Source of the DNA: Limisphaerales bacterium
GTDB taxonomy: Bacteria > Verrucomicrobiota > Verrucomicrobiia > Limisphaerales > JAYTXL01
Direction of reading: 5' to 3'
Assembly: GCA_046593035.1 (NCBI GenBank)
Contig: JBKJSC010000287.1
Location: forward strand, 1-31,816
DNA: 31,816 bases
Part shown: positions 1 to 9,497 of the stretch, in pieces
Position numbering within the stretch: the stretch's first letter is position 1
Layout of the letters: each line of letters begins with the position of its first letter
Made by a program: the position numbers and the translations under genes
Notes under the pieces: model-generated
Database searches by the model: none
Seen by the model: the letters and a program-made list of their open reading frames with translations, nothing else
Told to the model about the DNA's origin: nothing

Positions 1-125
1 TTTTACCATTAATTAAACAGTGTCAGCTTTTATTTATATAGTCTTACTTGTTAAGTATAATCCGTCAAACACTTATTTGTAAGACTATATAAATAAAAGC
101 TGACACTGTTTAATTAATGGTAAAA
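1..125. repeat. Perfect inverted repeat. Arms 1-47 and 79-125 are exact reverse complements around a 31-nt loop (48-78). AT-rich hairpin or cruciform-capable element at the window edge
   Basis: Read directly: the reverse complement of nt 1-47 equals nt 79-125 base for base. The segment is strongly AT-rich, unlike the rest of the window. Confidence 0.85.
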
Positions 126-263
126 ATGAAGCTACAGAACCGCCGCGACGCGTTACTCGACAAAGTAAAATCGATCTATCTCCAAACCGGCACCGTGACG
201 AAAGTACTCACCAGTCGGAAGATCGCCAAGCGTTCGAGCGGCGTGGGGTTGAAGAAAACGTAA
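126..263 (+). CDS. Possible small ORF (45 aa, MKLQNRRDALLDKVKSIYLQTGTVTKVLTSRKIAKRSSGVGLKKT), basic and non-hydrophobic. Function unknown. An alternative in-frame ATG at 117 lies inside the hairpin arm
   Basis: ATG..TAA read by hand, not in the supplied track (<60 aa). Codon usage is less GC3-biased than neighbouring genes. No clear SD. Confidence 0.2.
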   Translation: MKLQNRRDALLDKVKSIYLQTGTVTKVLTSRKIAKRSSGVGLKKT

Positions 264-347
264 CTGGGAAGGCCATTCGCCCGCGCCTCATCGCGCCGAT
301 CACGCAAAAAATCTCGCGTGTGAGCCGGCTTTGCCTCAGTCTGCGGC

Positions 348-1397
348 ATGGCTTTTCAGAAGCGCTTTTGGATATTGCTGCTGTCCGCGTTGCTGACTTT
401 TCTCGCGGGCATTCTGGGCTATGAGTTGATCGAGGGATGGAACCTCCTCGACTCCGCGTACATGACGGTGATCACGCTCGCCACCATCGGCTACGGCGAG
501 GTTCACCCGCTCTCCAGCGCCGGCCGCGTCTTCACTATGTTCTTGATCTTGGGCGGCATCACGAACGTATCCTACGGCGCAGTGGCCATGACCTCGCTGA
601 TCGCGGACGGCGAGCTGGCCCGGATGCTCAAACGCCGACGTATGGACAAAGCCATCGCCAAACAGCAAAACCACTACATCGTCTGCGGCGCGGGCAACAC
701 CGGCGATCACCTCGTTACGGAACTCCTTCAGGCCGGCAAGCAGGTCGTGGTCGTGGACAAGGCGCAGGAAAACCTCCGCAAATTTCAATCACGCGAAGAA
801 CTCGCCGCGCAGTTCGGCCAACAGTTTGCCCAGTGCGAAGTGTTCTATCTCGAAGGCGACGCGTCCTCCGACCAAGTGTTGCTCGAAGCCGGCATTGAGC
901 GCGCGGCAGGCATCTTCTGCGCCCTGGCCACGGACAAAGACAGCCTGTTCGTAGTGTTGACCGCGCGGGGTTTGAACAGCCGCATCCGCATCGTCAGCAA
1001 ATGCGAGGACGACGCTTCGGAGCAGAAATTCCTGCGAGCGGGCGCGGATCGCATCGTGTCGCCCACGCGCATCGGCGGATTGCGCATGGCGTCAGAGATG
1101 ATCCGCCCCACGGTGGTGTCGTTCCTCGACTTGATGGTGCGCGATCCGCAGGGCTATCGGTTCGAGGAGATCGAAGTGCGGGAACGCTCGCCGTTCATCG
1201 GCCAGACGATCCGGCAAAGCCCCGTCGGCAGCGAACCATTGGTTCGTCTGGTGGCGCTCGCCGGAGAGAAGGAGGGCTACCGCTACAACCCCTCGGACGA
1301 GACCGTGCTGACCGCCGGCCTGCGGCTGGTGGTGCTCGGCCGCAACGAACAGGTGGAGAGTCTGCGCGCAGCGATGAATCCCGGGGCCAACGCCTAG
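348..1397 (+). CDS. Two-TM potassium channel with a selectivity filter (TLATIGYGE), followed by RCK/TrkA-N (Rossmann IVCGAGNTG) and TrkA-C domains (MthK/Kch-like)
   Basis: T-x-G-Y-G filter and GxGxxG NAD-binding motif are visible in the translation. Two N-terminal hydrophobic helices. Confidence 0.85.
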   Translation: MAFQKRFWILLLSALLTFLAGILGYELIEGWNLLDSAYMTVITLATIGYGEVHPLSSAGRVFTMFLILGGITNVSYGAVAMTSLIADGELARMLKRRRMDKAIAKQQNHYIVCGAGNTGDHLVTELLQAGKQVVVVDKAQENLRKFQSREELAAQFGQQFAQCEVFYLEGDASSDQVLLEAGIERAAGIFCALATDKDSLFVVLTARGLNSRIRIVSKCEDDASEQKFLRAGADRIVSPTRIGGLRMASEMIRPTVVSFLDLMVRDPQGYRFEEIEVRERSPFIGQTIRQSPVGSEPLVRLVALAGEKEGYRYNPSDETVLTAGLRLVVLGRNEQVESLRAAMNPGANA

Positions 1398-2158
1398 TTC
1401 GCAGCCACCGCCAGCTCAATGCCCACGGGGCAATGATCACTGCCCAACACCTCCGGACGGATGAAGGCGGATTTCAGTCGCGGGCGCAAAGCGGCGCTGA
1501 CGAGAAAGTAATCAATGCGCCACCCGACGTTGCGTGCGCGGGCACCAGACATCGGACTCCACCAAGTGTAATGCCCGCCGCCTTTTTCGAACTCGCGGAA
1601 GGTGTCCACGAAGCCGGCTTTCACCAGCGCGCTGAAACCCGCGCGTTCCTCGGGAGTGAAACCGTGATTCTTCACGTTCGCCTTGGGATTCGCCAAATCA
1701 ATCTCGGTGTGCGCCACGTTCAGGTCGCCACAAAAAACGACCGGCTTCTTCTTTTCAAGCTGCTTGAGGTAGCGAAGGAAATCGCGATCCCATTGCTGGC
1801 GATAGGCGAGCCGGGTGAGTTCGCGCTGAGAGTTGGGCACATAGACGTTCACGAGGAAGAAGTCGGCGAACTCGGCCGTGAGCACGCGGCCCTCGCGGTC
1901 ATGCTCGGTAATCCCGATGACGGTGCTGATCTCCATCGGTCGGCGTTTGGTGAAAATGACCGTGCCGGCATAACCCTTCTTCTGCGCCGTGTTCCAGTAG
2001 GTCGTGTAGGACGCCGGCCAAAGCTGTTCGACGTCCTCGGTCGTGCAGCGGCTTTCCTGCAGGCACAGAATGTCGGGCTGCTCGATGTCGAGATACTCAA
2101 GAAAGTTTTTCTTCAACACGGCACGCAGGCCATTGACGTTCCAGGAAATAATTTTCAC
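1394..2158 (-). CDS. xthA: Exodeoxyribonuclease III / AP endonuclease (ExoIII/Xth family)
   Basis: N-terminus MKIISWNVNGLRA... and QE..., ...VFCGDLNVAH..., ...SDHCPV motifs typical of EEP-fold ExoIII. Convergent with the K-channel gene and overlaps it by 4 nt. Confidence 0.9.
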   Translation of the reverse strand: MKIISWNVNGLRAVLKKNFLEYLDIEQPDILCLQESRCTTEDVEQLWPASYTTYWNTAQKKGYAGTVIFTKRRPMEISTVIGITEHDREGRVLTAEFADFFLVNVYVPNSQRELTRLAYRQQWDRDFLRYLKQLEKKKPVVFCGDLNVAHTEIDLANPKANVKNHGFTPEERAGFSALVKAGFVDTFREFEKGGGHYTWWSPMSGARARNVGWRIDYFLVSAALRPRLKSAFIRPEVLGSDHCPVGIELAVAAN

Positions 2159-2216
2159 GCGGCGACTTTAGCGGAAGGACATAACAAGGGGAGAAATATT
2201 CCGGCGGGCACCGTCG

Positions 2217-2855
2217 TTACGGCAATTCCTCGATGGTGACATCCTTGTAGGAGGCCTCCGTCACGCCGCCGCCGTGAACTTGGAAACCGAGGATGCCGAA
2301 GTTGGGAATGTTGTCGTCCGTCTCCGTGTAGTCCACGGTTTGCGTGCCATTGATCGAAAGCCGGATGCGTTTGCCTTCGCAGCGAATGACGTAGTCGTTC
2401 CAGTCGTCACGCTTCAACACCTTGTTGACCTCGGCCAGGTCGGATTTGACGAGAACTTTGTTGCGCCGCGATTCGTCGTAGAGACAGCCCCACCATTCCG
2501 GCTCGCCGATATCCGCCTGGTAGCCGCTGACCTCATGATGATTTGGCACACGCTGGCTGCGGAATTGCACGCCGCCGTTCACGAACCCTTCCTTGCCCAC
2601 GAGCTTGAATTTAACCCGCAGCACGAAGTTCGTGAACTGCCGCTGGGTGCAGATGAATTCGTTGCGCGGTACCGAAGCCGACAAGTTGCCGCCCACGAAC
2701 GCGCCGTTCTCAATGCGCCAGGTTTTGTTGGTGTCGCCTTCCCAACCCTTGAACGTTTTGCCGTCGAAGAGCGCGACAGGCTTGGGTTTGTCCGCCGCGC
2801 CTGCGGACAGAACACACAGGGTGGATAACAAGCAGATGGCAAAGATTGTTTTCAT
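2217..2855 (-). CDS. Secreted DUF1080-domain protein (3-keto-disaccharide hydrolase-like, concanavalin-like fold)
   Basis: N-terminal signal peptide. Characteristic DUF1080 blocks (FDGKTFKGWEG... WRIENGAF... GFVNGGVQFRSQ... DWNDYVIRCEGKRIRLSINGTQT... GILGFQVHGGG). Confidence 0.8.
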   Translation of the reverse strand: MKTIFAICLLSTLCVLSAGAADKPKPVALFDGKTFKGWEGDTNKTWRIENGAFVGGNLSASVPRNEFICTQRQFTNFVLRVKFKLVGKEGFVNGGVQFRSQRVPNHHEVSGYQADIGEPEWWGCLYDESRRNKVLVKSDLAEVNKVLKRDDWNDYVIRCEGKRIRLSINGTQTVDYTETDDNIPNFGILGFQVHGGGVTEASYKDVTIEELP

Positions 2856-2976
2856 GATCGTGAATTTGAAGTGTTTATTCTATAAACGATGGCTTGAATT
2901 CTGTCGAGCGTGAGTCACTGGCAATGTATTTCGGCCAACGGAAGGAGGCAGGCTCGCGGAACCATCCCTGAAAACG

Positions 2977-3006
2977 CAAGGGCGGCTCGTGGCCGAGCCG
3001 CCCTTG
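2977..3006 (-). terminator. Rho-independent terminator downstream of the MFS transporter gene. 13-bp perfect stem (caagggcggctcg / cgagccgcccttg) around a tggc loop, followed by a U-run on the minus strand (plus-strand aaaa at 2971-2974)
   Basis: Palindrome read directly. Lies just 3' of the stop of gene 3027..4529 (minus). Confidence 0.6.
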
Positions 3007-3026
3007 AAGATTAAATCAGCAAATGA

Positions 3027-4529
3027 CTACGCGACTTCCTTCGCGTCGTGGCCGGAGCCTTCGATGTGAACCTGTTTGTAGCCGCCCTTCGACTTGAAGT
3101 AGAAAATCAGCAACAAGTAGAGCACGGCCATCGTCAGCGGAACCACTGCGGTGACCTTCAGCGCCATGCGACCACCCTCCAGGTTTGCGGCGACCACGAT
3201 GGGCTTGGCTGCCTTTTCTTCGGGGGTCATCTTGTCATCGGCTTTGGCCAGCAACGCGCCTTTTTTAGTGCCGTCCAAGCCCTGAATTTCGGGGAAGAAA
3301 AGGAACGAGTTTTTGGTGTCGGACTTGTAAACCTCATAGGCGGCCGGCGACTTTTCCTTCAAATCTTTCGACGCAAAATAATCCTGTTTGTACCCAATGC
3401 CTGGGCCGCCGAGCAAACCGGCGGAAAGCATCCCCACGCCGCCAATTGCGCCGATCGTGATGGCACCGCCTTTGGGGAATCGCTCCGAAACCACTCCCAG
3501 CATCGTCGGCCACAGAAAGGTTTTGCCCAGCGCGTAAACGGTGGCCGCGATTACACACATCACCACACCTTGCGCGCTGCCCAGCATCGTCAAGCCAACC
3601 GCACCGAATACACCGCTCACGCACAAGAGACCAAGCGGTGAAATCTTGTGAACGATGGGGCCGGCGAAGAAACGCAGCGCGAACATCAGGCCGGAAGTAT
3701 AGACAAAGAGCATCAGCCCTTTCTGTGGGTCAGCCATGATGCTGCCGGTAATGGAGCCGATCCAAGAGTCCGTGCCCAATTCGACGTAACCCACGAGCGC
3801 ATGGATAAAGAGCAGCAGCAATAATACCGGCGCGGCAAACTCTGCCAACATCTCACCAAAACTGACACCATGCACGCTGGCTTCCGATTTCGGAAACTTC
3901 TGCCCCATGCACATGACACCGTAAAGGATGACCGGGACGAGAAAGAGCGACATTTGGATCTCCCAAGCCACATGGCCCACCATGAACGTCGAAGCCAAGC
4001 CACCGATGATGAGGCCGCCTGGCCAACCGGCGTGCAAGATGTTCAAGTAATGGGTCTTCTCCTTCGGGAACAACGTCGCAACCAGCGGATTCACTACCGA
4101 CTCAGCGATGCCGTTGCCGATGGCGAAAAGGAACATGCCCCAGAACAGGCATTGGTAGGCGATCGCCTTGGCGGCGGCGGGGTCGGCACCAACTTTCGCC
4201 TGATAGAGCGGCGTGGCCGCCAGCGTCAGCACGGCGGAGAGGAAATGCGTGATAAACGCGAGAATCATCAGCTTGCCGTAGCCGACTTTGTCAGCCAGCA
4301 GCGCGCCGATCAGAATAATGATGCCAAACCCAGTGAGGCCTCCGCCCGTGATCTGGCCAAGGTCACTTTGCGTAAAGCCGAATTGCGTTCCCCAATCGCC
4401 CAAGATGCCGCCGCGGATGGAGAATCCGACGCCGGCGGCGAGAATGGCCATGAAGCCGGCCCAAAGGAGTCGCTTGGCATTGGCCTCGGAGGTGGTGCCG
4501 TTTCCGGCGGTTGCGTTTCCGTTGCTCAT
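3027..4529 (-). CDS. Major-facilitator-superfamily transporter with about 12 TM helices. Possibly a sugar/glycoside:H+ symporter
   Basis: Hydrophobic-helix pattern throughout, Gly-rich helices, a long hydrophilic loop plus an extra C-terminal TM. No specific substrate signature recognised. Confidence 0.65.
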   Translation of the reverse strand: MSNGNATAGNGTTSEANAKRLLWAGFMAILAAGVGFSIRGGILGDWGTQFGFTQSDLGQITGGGLTGFGIIILIGALLADKVGYGKLMILAFITHFLSAVLTLAATPLYQAKVGADPAAAKAIAYQCLFWGMFLFAIGNGIAESVVNPLVATLFPKEKTHYLNILHAGWPGGLIIGGLASTFMVGHVAWEIQMSLFLVPVILYGVMCMGQKFPKSEASVHGVSFGEMLAEFAAPVLLLLLFIHALVGYVELGTDSWIGSITGSIMADPQKGLMLFVYTSGLMFALRFFAGPIVHKISPLGLLCVSGVFGAVGLTMLGSAQGVVMCVIAATVYALGKTFLWPTMLGVVSERFPKGGAITIGAIGGVGMLSAGLLGGPGIGYKQDYFASKDLKEKSPAAYEVYKSDTKNSFLFFPEIQGLDGTKKGALLAKADDKMTPEEKAAKPIVVAANLEGGRMALKVTAVVPLTMAVLYLLLIFYFKSKGGYKQVHIEGSGHDAKEVA

Positions 4530-4571
4530 AATTATTGATGGATGTTGGTCGTTTTTCTGGTTGGAGGGAGT

Positions 4572-5696
4572 TTACTGGGTAAACGCGGGGAGCTTCACGA
4601 TCTTGCCGCCTTGGAGCGCGGATTGATGGGCGCAAAGACCGACGCAAGTCCAGTTGGCGGACTGGCGCGCATTCGGCATCGGCTCGCGGTCTTCAACGAG
4701 CGCGCGGAGAAACTCGTGGCACAGATGCGGATGCGATCCGCCGTGGCCGGCACCTTGCACGAAGCTCAGGTGCGTCTTCTTGCCGAGGTCATAGACGCCC
4801 TTGGTGGTGAATTTCTGGATGCCTTTCGGCAAACGCTTCGCGTAATCAGGCACTTGAATCTTCTTGGGAATCTTGTGCTCCGGCAGCTTCGCCGTGTGCA
4901 GAACGTGCGGTTCGTGCTCGATCAGCGTCCATTCAAACGACTTTTTCGTGCCGTAAACATCAATGCTCTCGCGATATTGCCGCGCCACGTCGAACAACGA
5001 CCGGATGACGCGCGCGGTGAGATCGGAATCCTTGAGCTTCACGTGCGCCGTCTCGACCGCGAACGAGGAACCATAGCACTTGACGAGTTCCTTGCGGATG
5101 GTGCCGGAACCGAAACAGCTCACGTATTCTGCCGTGGCGTTCGTGAGGGCCATCATCGGGCCGACGCAATGCGTGGCATACCACATCGGCGGCAGACCGG
5201 GCCAGTAATTGGGCCAACCGTCCATGTCCTGCTGGTGGCTCGCCTGCAGAAATTGGATTTTGCCAAGTTCGCCCTGGTCGTAAAGTTCCTTGATGTAGAG
5301 ATACTCGCGCGCATACACGACGGTTTCCATCATCATGTATTTTTTTCCGGTTTGCTTGACCAGATCGACGATCTTTTTGCAATCGGCGATGCTCGTGGCC
5401 ATCGGCACGGTGCAGGCGACATGCTTCCCAGCCTTGAGCGCAGCGATGGATTGCCACGCATGGTCAGGAATGGGCGAGTTGATGTGGACGGCGTCCACGT
5501 TCGGATCCTTGAGCATCGCGTTGAAATCCGTGTAGCGCTTCTCAATGCCAAAGGCGTCGCCAATCGCGTCCAGCTTCGCCGGGGTGCGCTGGCAGATCGC
5601 GTACATGTTGGCGTCGGGATGCCCTTGATAAATAGGGATAAACTCCGCTCCAAATCCCAGACCGACGATGGCAATGTTAATTTTCCGCTCGCTCAT
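4572..5696 (-). CDS. Gfo/Idh/MocA-family NAD(P)-dependent oxidoreductase, no signal peptide. The track ORF extends to 5837 from a GTG, but the likely start is Met48 (MSERKINIAIVGLGFGAEF...)
   Basis: Rossmann N-terminus IAIVGLGFG directly after the internal Met. Gfo/Idh/MocA-type C-terminal domain. Start coordinate derived arithmetically from the track frame. Confidence 0.8.
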   Translation of the reverse strand: MSERKINIAIVGLGFGAEFIPIYQGHPDANMYAICQRTPAKLDAIGDAFGIEKRYTDFNAMLKDPNVDAVHINSPIPDHAWQSIAALKAGKHVACTVPMATSIADCKKIVDLVKQTGKKYMMMETVVYAREYLYIKELYDQGELGKIQFLQASHQQDMDGWPNYWPGLPPMWYATHCVGPMMALTNATAEYVSCFGSGTIRKELVKCYGSSFAVETAHVKLKDSDLTARVIRSLFDVARQYRESIDVYGTKKSFEWTLIEHEPHVLHTAKLPEHKIPKKIQVPDYAKRLPKGIQKFTTKGVYDLGKKTHLSFVQGAGHGGSHPHLCHEFLRALVEDREPMPNARQSANWTCVGLCAHQSALQGGKIVKLPAFTQ

Positions 5697-5852
5697 GGCG
5701 TTGCTGATCTTCCCAAGAAAAAAACTGGCGAATGATTCCCCGAAGGAATTCGTCGCGACGGCAATGCGGCGAATGACACCTTCCCACTGAAAAACTGTCA
5801 ACGGTAAAGTTCCCGGCCACCGGTTTTTCGACGGCACAACAGCCCGTGCCGC

Positions 5853-8800
5853 TTATTTCCCAACCTTCGACAGCAGATAGGCCAGCAGGTGGTTGAAATC
5901 TTCCGCAGAAAGCACGTCGGCGAAATTATCCGGCATCAAGGACGACTCGGATTCGCGCCGCTCCTTCACTTGTTTCTTGGGAAAGGAAATTTCCTTGCCG
6001 GAGGACTCCGCGACGATCAACGACTCGCCTTCTTCCCGACGGAACAATCCCGACATCACTTCGCCGTCAGTGAGCACGAAGGTGCTGCTGCGAAACGCGC
6101 TGTCCACGTTTCGATTCGGGTCGAGGATGTCTTCGATCAACCGTTCCAGGCCACGGCCGCCCACGCCGTCGAGCTGCGGCCCGATCACGACGCCCTTGCC
6201 GTCAATCTGATGGCACAACGCGCACGTCTTGGTGAAGACCTCCGCGCCCTTGGCAGCACTTGCTTTGGCGGGATCGAAGGCGGCACGGCGTTGATCCAGC
6301 AACCGTTGCCGCGCCTGATCCACCGGGGCCACGCTCTTGGTAAGCTTGGCGAGCCGTTCCGTCAGATTCGGCAGTTGAATGGCCGCCAGGCGATCTTTGA
6401 CGGCGCGCTCGACCAGCAATTGCGGCGCGGCCTTCCCGAGGGCAATCGTCTGCAACAGAATCTCTGCCCCGACGGGAGATCCCGCCAAAGCTTGTGCCAA
6501 TTTTACCTGTGCGCGATACGGTGCGGCACCGAGTACCTCCGTCAAAGTCACGCGCGAATCGCCCGCCGGACGCGCGGTCACGGCGCGGACAATTTTCGCC
6601 CGCAATTCCGCCGGTGCGACGGCGTCACCGAGCAACGGCACCATCGCCGCCAGCAATTCGTCCGGGTGCAGCGAGACGAGCGCGCGCGCGGCGGCGGCCT
6701 GCACTGGCGCTTCCGTGGCCGTGCGGTTGAGCAGCGCGTAAAGTTGCGGTTCCAGGCTGGCGAGCTTGAGCGTGCCAGCGAGATCCGCGGCAGTTTGCAG
6801 CCGGCGCGTGGTTTGGTTCGGATCGTTGAGGGCCAACTGCGGCAACGACGGATCAAACCGGCCCACCGCCAACCACGCATAAGCGCTTCCGGTGTCGCCG
6901 TCCACGACTTCCACATAACCGTTGCGACCGGCGAACTCAGCCAAGTCCCAGGCGATCAACTGGGCGGTGTCGTTACGCGGTGGGAACACTTCACGCAGCA
7001 CCTGACCGGAAGCCGCATCGCGCAAACGAACCTTGTTCATTTTCTTCGCCGGTTGGTCAGGAAAACCATCGTGGCCGCACAGATAGAAACTTAACTTCGA
7101 GGGCAGCGAAAACGGGGAAGACCGCAGTGCGCCAGTCAGGTGTTCCCCAAACGGGAGGCTGGACATGAGTTGCGTCTTCAAACCGTCGGCACAGGTTCGC
7201 GGCTCGAATGCCCACGGGCTGCGGGATTCGATTGCACCCGGAAGCGGTGAGTTGCTCCACAGCGCAACGACATCCACGGTAGAAAACAATTTCCCTGCAA
7301 GCTCCGTGCCCCAGACGCGCGCACCCGCGCTCAACGCCGCACCACGTTGCGCGGTGCCTTCCTGGACCGACTTGAACAAGTCGAGTTGGAAATCAAGATC
7401 CTTGGCGAAACGCGTCTGGGTGAAATTCGCGAGGGTGTCCAGTTCACTCTCGGGCGCATAACGTGCCGCGTGGCGCAAATAGGCCGCGGTCACCGGCTGG
7501 CTCTCAGTGAACCGCTGCAAATGATTGAGCAGATAACTGCCCGCCGGCCCGGTGTTCACCGCCACCACCACGTCGGCGAGCGGCCGCGCCTGGTATTCCG
7601 GCCACGTTTTGGCCGTAACCCGCGCCAGAATCGAGTCGGATTTGAGTTGATCGCGAATGGCTTTCCGCACCACGTACAATAAGTGCGTGTCGCCGGCGGG
7701 CGTGCGGGTGCGAAGCTTGAGAAGCGGTTCCACATTTTCAAACTGCGGGTGACCACCCAATGCCTCCGCCGCACAACGCTGAACCAGCGCGTCGGGATCC
7801 GCCAAGCCCCAGATCGCAAGATGGGGCAAGACATGGGTGTGTGGAGTATCGATCAATATTCGCATCACGTGGATCCGCACGGTACGATCGGCGTTTTTGA
7901 AGGCAGTGACCAAGGCTGTTTCGTCGAGCGCACCAAACCGTTGCAGCACCCAGAGACAGTGCAAGGTTTGAAAGCCGTTAATCTGTTTCCCCGACAATGC
8001 CGTCATCACCCCGGAAACAGCGGATTTACCAACGCGGTCGCATAGCTGATTCATCGCCAGCATGCGCCAGGTCAGATTTGGATCGGCGAGTTCGTTGATC
8101 AACTGGCCGGCGTCGGCCTGGGTCAGGTCAATTTTGCGGTGGTGCAGTTTCGCCTGGCCGTCTGCGCCGCGATAAATCACGCGCCAGATGCGGCCGCGCT
8201 CGCGGTCACGACCGGGATGGTTCAACGGCACTTCGTAATGGCCAATGATGCGATTGTAAAAATCCGCGATGTAAAATGCGCCGTCGGGACCGAGCTGGTT
8301 GTCCACCGGCCGGAACCACGGATCGTCGCACTTCACGAAGTCATCCAGTTCGTTCGCTTTGGGTGACGAACCGGTGAAGGTCATGCGATCGCGGTTGATG
8401 CGGCTGGTCATGACATTGCCCAGAAACGTGTTGTCCTGAAACTCGGCGGGCCAGAGGTTGTCATTGTAATAAACCATGCCGTCAATCGCCGTGGAACCGT
8501 GGGCGTGCTCCATCAGGGTCGGCGCGTAGCCCAGCCCATCGTCGGGTTTTCCGAAGCTCGGATAGTAACCGCCCGCCAGCAATTGATAGGTTGGCGCGCT
8601 GTGGCAATCGCTGGAATAGAGATTGCCGACCGCGTCCCACGCCAGGCCAAACGGGTTCACCTGCCCGTGCGTGTGGTGCTCAAGGCGCGAACCGTCCAGA
8701 CGCATGCGATACGTGTTGCCAGAATTGAGATCGACCTGGTGGCCGTCGCGACCTTTGACGTGCGAGTCGTTGTTGAAACCGTGCGTCGCGTAAAGCCAGC

Positions 8801-9383
8801 CATCGAAACCGCGCCGGAACGAGGCCTGGTTGCCGTGCGTGTCGCGCGTGTGATCGAACGGACCGTAGAGAATTTCCTTTTTGTCCGCCTTGCCATCGCC
8901 ATCGGTATCTTCGAGGAGCCAGATATTGGGAATGCTCCAGACGATGCACTTCCAGGTGTTCTTCTTTTCGCCGTTGCTGGCCGGGCTGTTGAATGGATAG
9001 ATGCCAATCGGGATGTTCAAGCCTTCGGCAAAAATCTGCACCTTGCGCGCGCGGCCGTTGGCGTCGAATTCGGAAAAGATCCGGATGGTATCGCGGGCGG
9101 TGGCGGTGTTCGTGGCGGCGAAAGGATACTCGCGCGACTCGGTGAGCCACAACCGACCGCGGGCATCGAAGGCCATGTTCATCGGCTTGCGCAGGTCCGG
9201 CTCGGCGGCGACGAGCTGGATTTCAAAGCCGGGCGGCAGATGAAATTTTTTCTGCTGCTGCTCGGGGGGCAGTGGTTCAGTGGGGCGAACTCCCTCGGCA
9301 AACGGATCGGCGGCGCGCGCGGCCTGCCACAGGAGGAATGAACAAACGACGCCGGTTAAAACCCAAATTCGATTCAGCTTCAT
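5853..9383 (-). CDS. PVC-type 'membrane-bound dehydrogenase domain' protein. A glucose/sorbosone-dehydrogenase-like beta-propeller is followed by HEAT/ARM repeats and a C-terminal c-type cytochrome domain (CALCH). The likely start is the internal Met (MKLNRIWVLTGVV..., signal peptide); the track ORF runs to 9542
   Basis: CxxCH heme motif near the C-terminus. Propeller blocks (GFEIQLVAAEPDLRKPMNMAFDARGRLWLTE...). This architecture is typical of Planctomycetes/Verrucomicrobia. Confidence 0.8.
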   Translation of the reverse strand: MKLNRIWVLTGVVCSFLLWQAARAADPFAEGVRPTEPLPPEQQQKKFHLPPGFEIQLVAAEPDLRKPMNMAFDARGRLWLTESREYPFAATNTATARDTIRIFSEFDANGRARKVQIFAEGLNIPIGIYPFNSPASNGEKKNTWKCIVWSIPNIWLLEDTDGDGKADKKEILYGPFDHTRDTHGNQASFRRGFDGWLYATHGFNNDSHVKGRDGHQVDLNSGNTYRMRLDGSRLEHHTHGQVNPFGLAWDAVGNLYSSDCHSAPTYQLLAGGYYPSFGKPDDGLGYAPTLMEHAHGSTAIDGMVYYNDNLWPAEFQDNTFLGNVMTSRINRDRMTFTGSSPKANELDDFVKCDDPWFRPVDNQLGPDGAFYIADFYNRIIGHYEVPLNHPGRDRERGRIWRVIYRGADGQAKLHHRKIDLTQADAGQLINELADPNLTWRMLAMNQLCDRVGKSAVSGVMTALSGKQINGFQTLHCLWVLQRFGALDETALVTAFKNADRTVRIHVMRILIDTPHTHVLPHLAIWGLADPDALVQRCAAEALGGHPQFENVEPLLKLRTRTPAGDTHLLYVVRKAIRDQLKSDSILARVTAKTWPEYQARPLADVVVAVNTGPAGSYLLNHLQRFTESQPVTAAYLRHAARYAPESELDTLANFTQTRFAKDLDFQLDLFKSVQEGTAQRGAALSAGARVWGTELAGKLFSTVDVVALWSNSPLPGAIESRSPWAFEPRTCADGLKTQLMSSLPFGEHLTGALRSSPFSLPSKLSFYLCGHDGFPDQPAKKMNKVRLRDAASGQVLREVFPPRNDTAQLIAWDLAEFAGRNGYVEVVDGDTGSAYAWLAVGRFDPSLPQLALNDPNQTTRRLQTAADLAGTLKLASLEPQLYALLNRTATEAPVQAAAARALVSLHPDELLAAMVPLLGDAVAPAELRAKIVRAVTARPAGDSRVTLTEVLGAAPYRAQVKLAQALAGSPVGAEILLQTIALGKAAPQLLVERAVKDRLAAIQLPNLTERLAKLTKSVAPVDQARQRLLDQRRAAFDPAKASAAKGAEVFTKTCALCHQIDGKGVVIGPQLDGVGGRGLERLIEDILDPNRNVDSAFRSSTFVLTDGEVMSGLFRREEGESLIVAESSGKEISFPKKQVKERRESESSLMPDNFADVLSAEDFNHLLAYLLSKVGK

Positions 9384-9497
9384 GCGATACGGACAACCAT
9401 AGGCATGTAATTCTCCCCGCCAAGTGGAAATTAATGCGGTGACACCGAACCCGGGCTGCGACTTGCTTGGAAACCAGTTCCATTTTTTGCAACGCGT

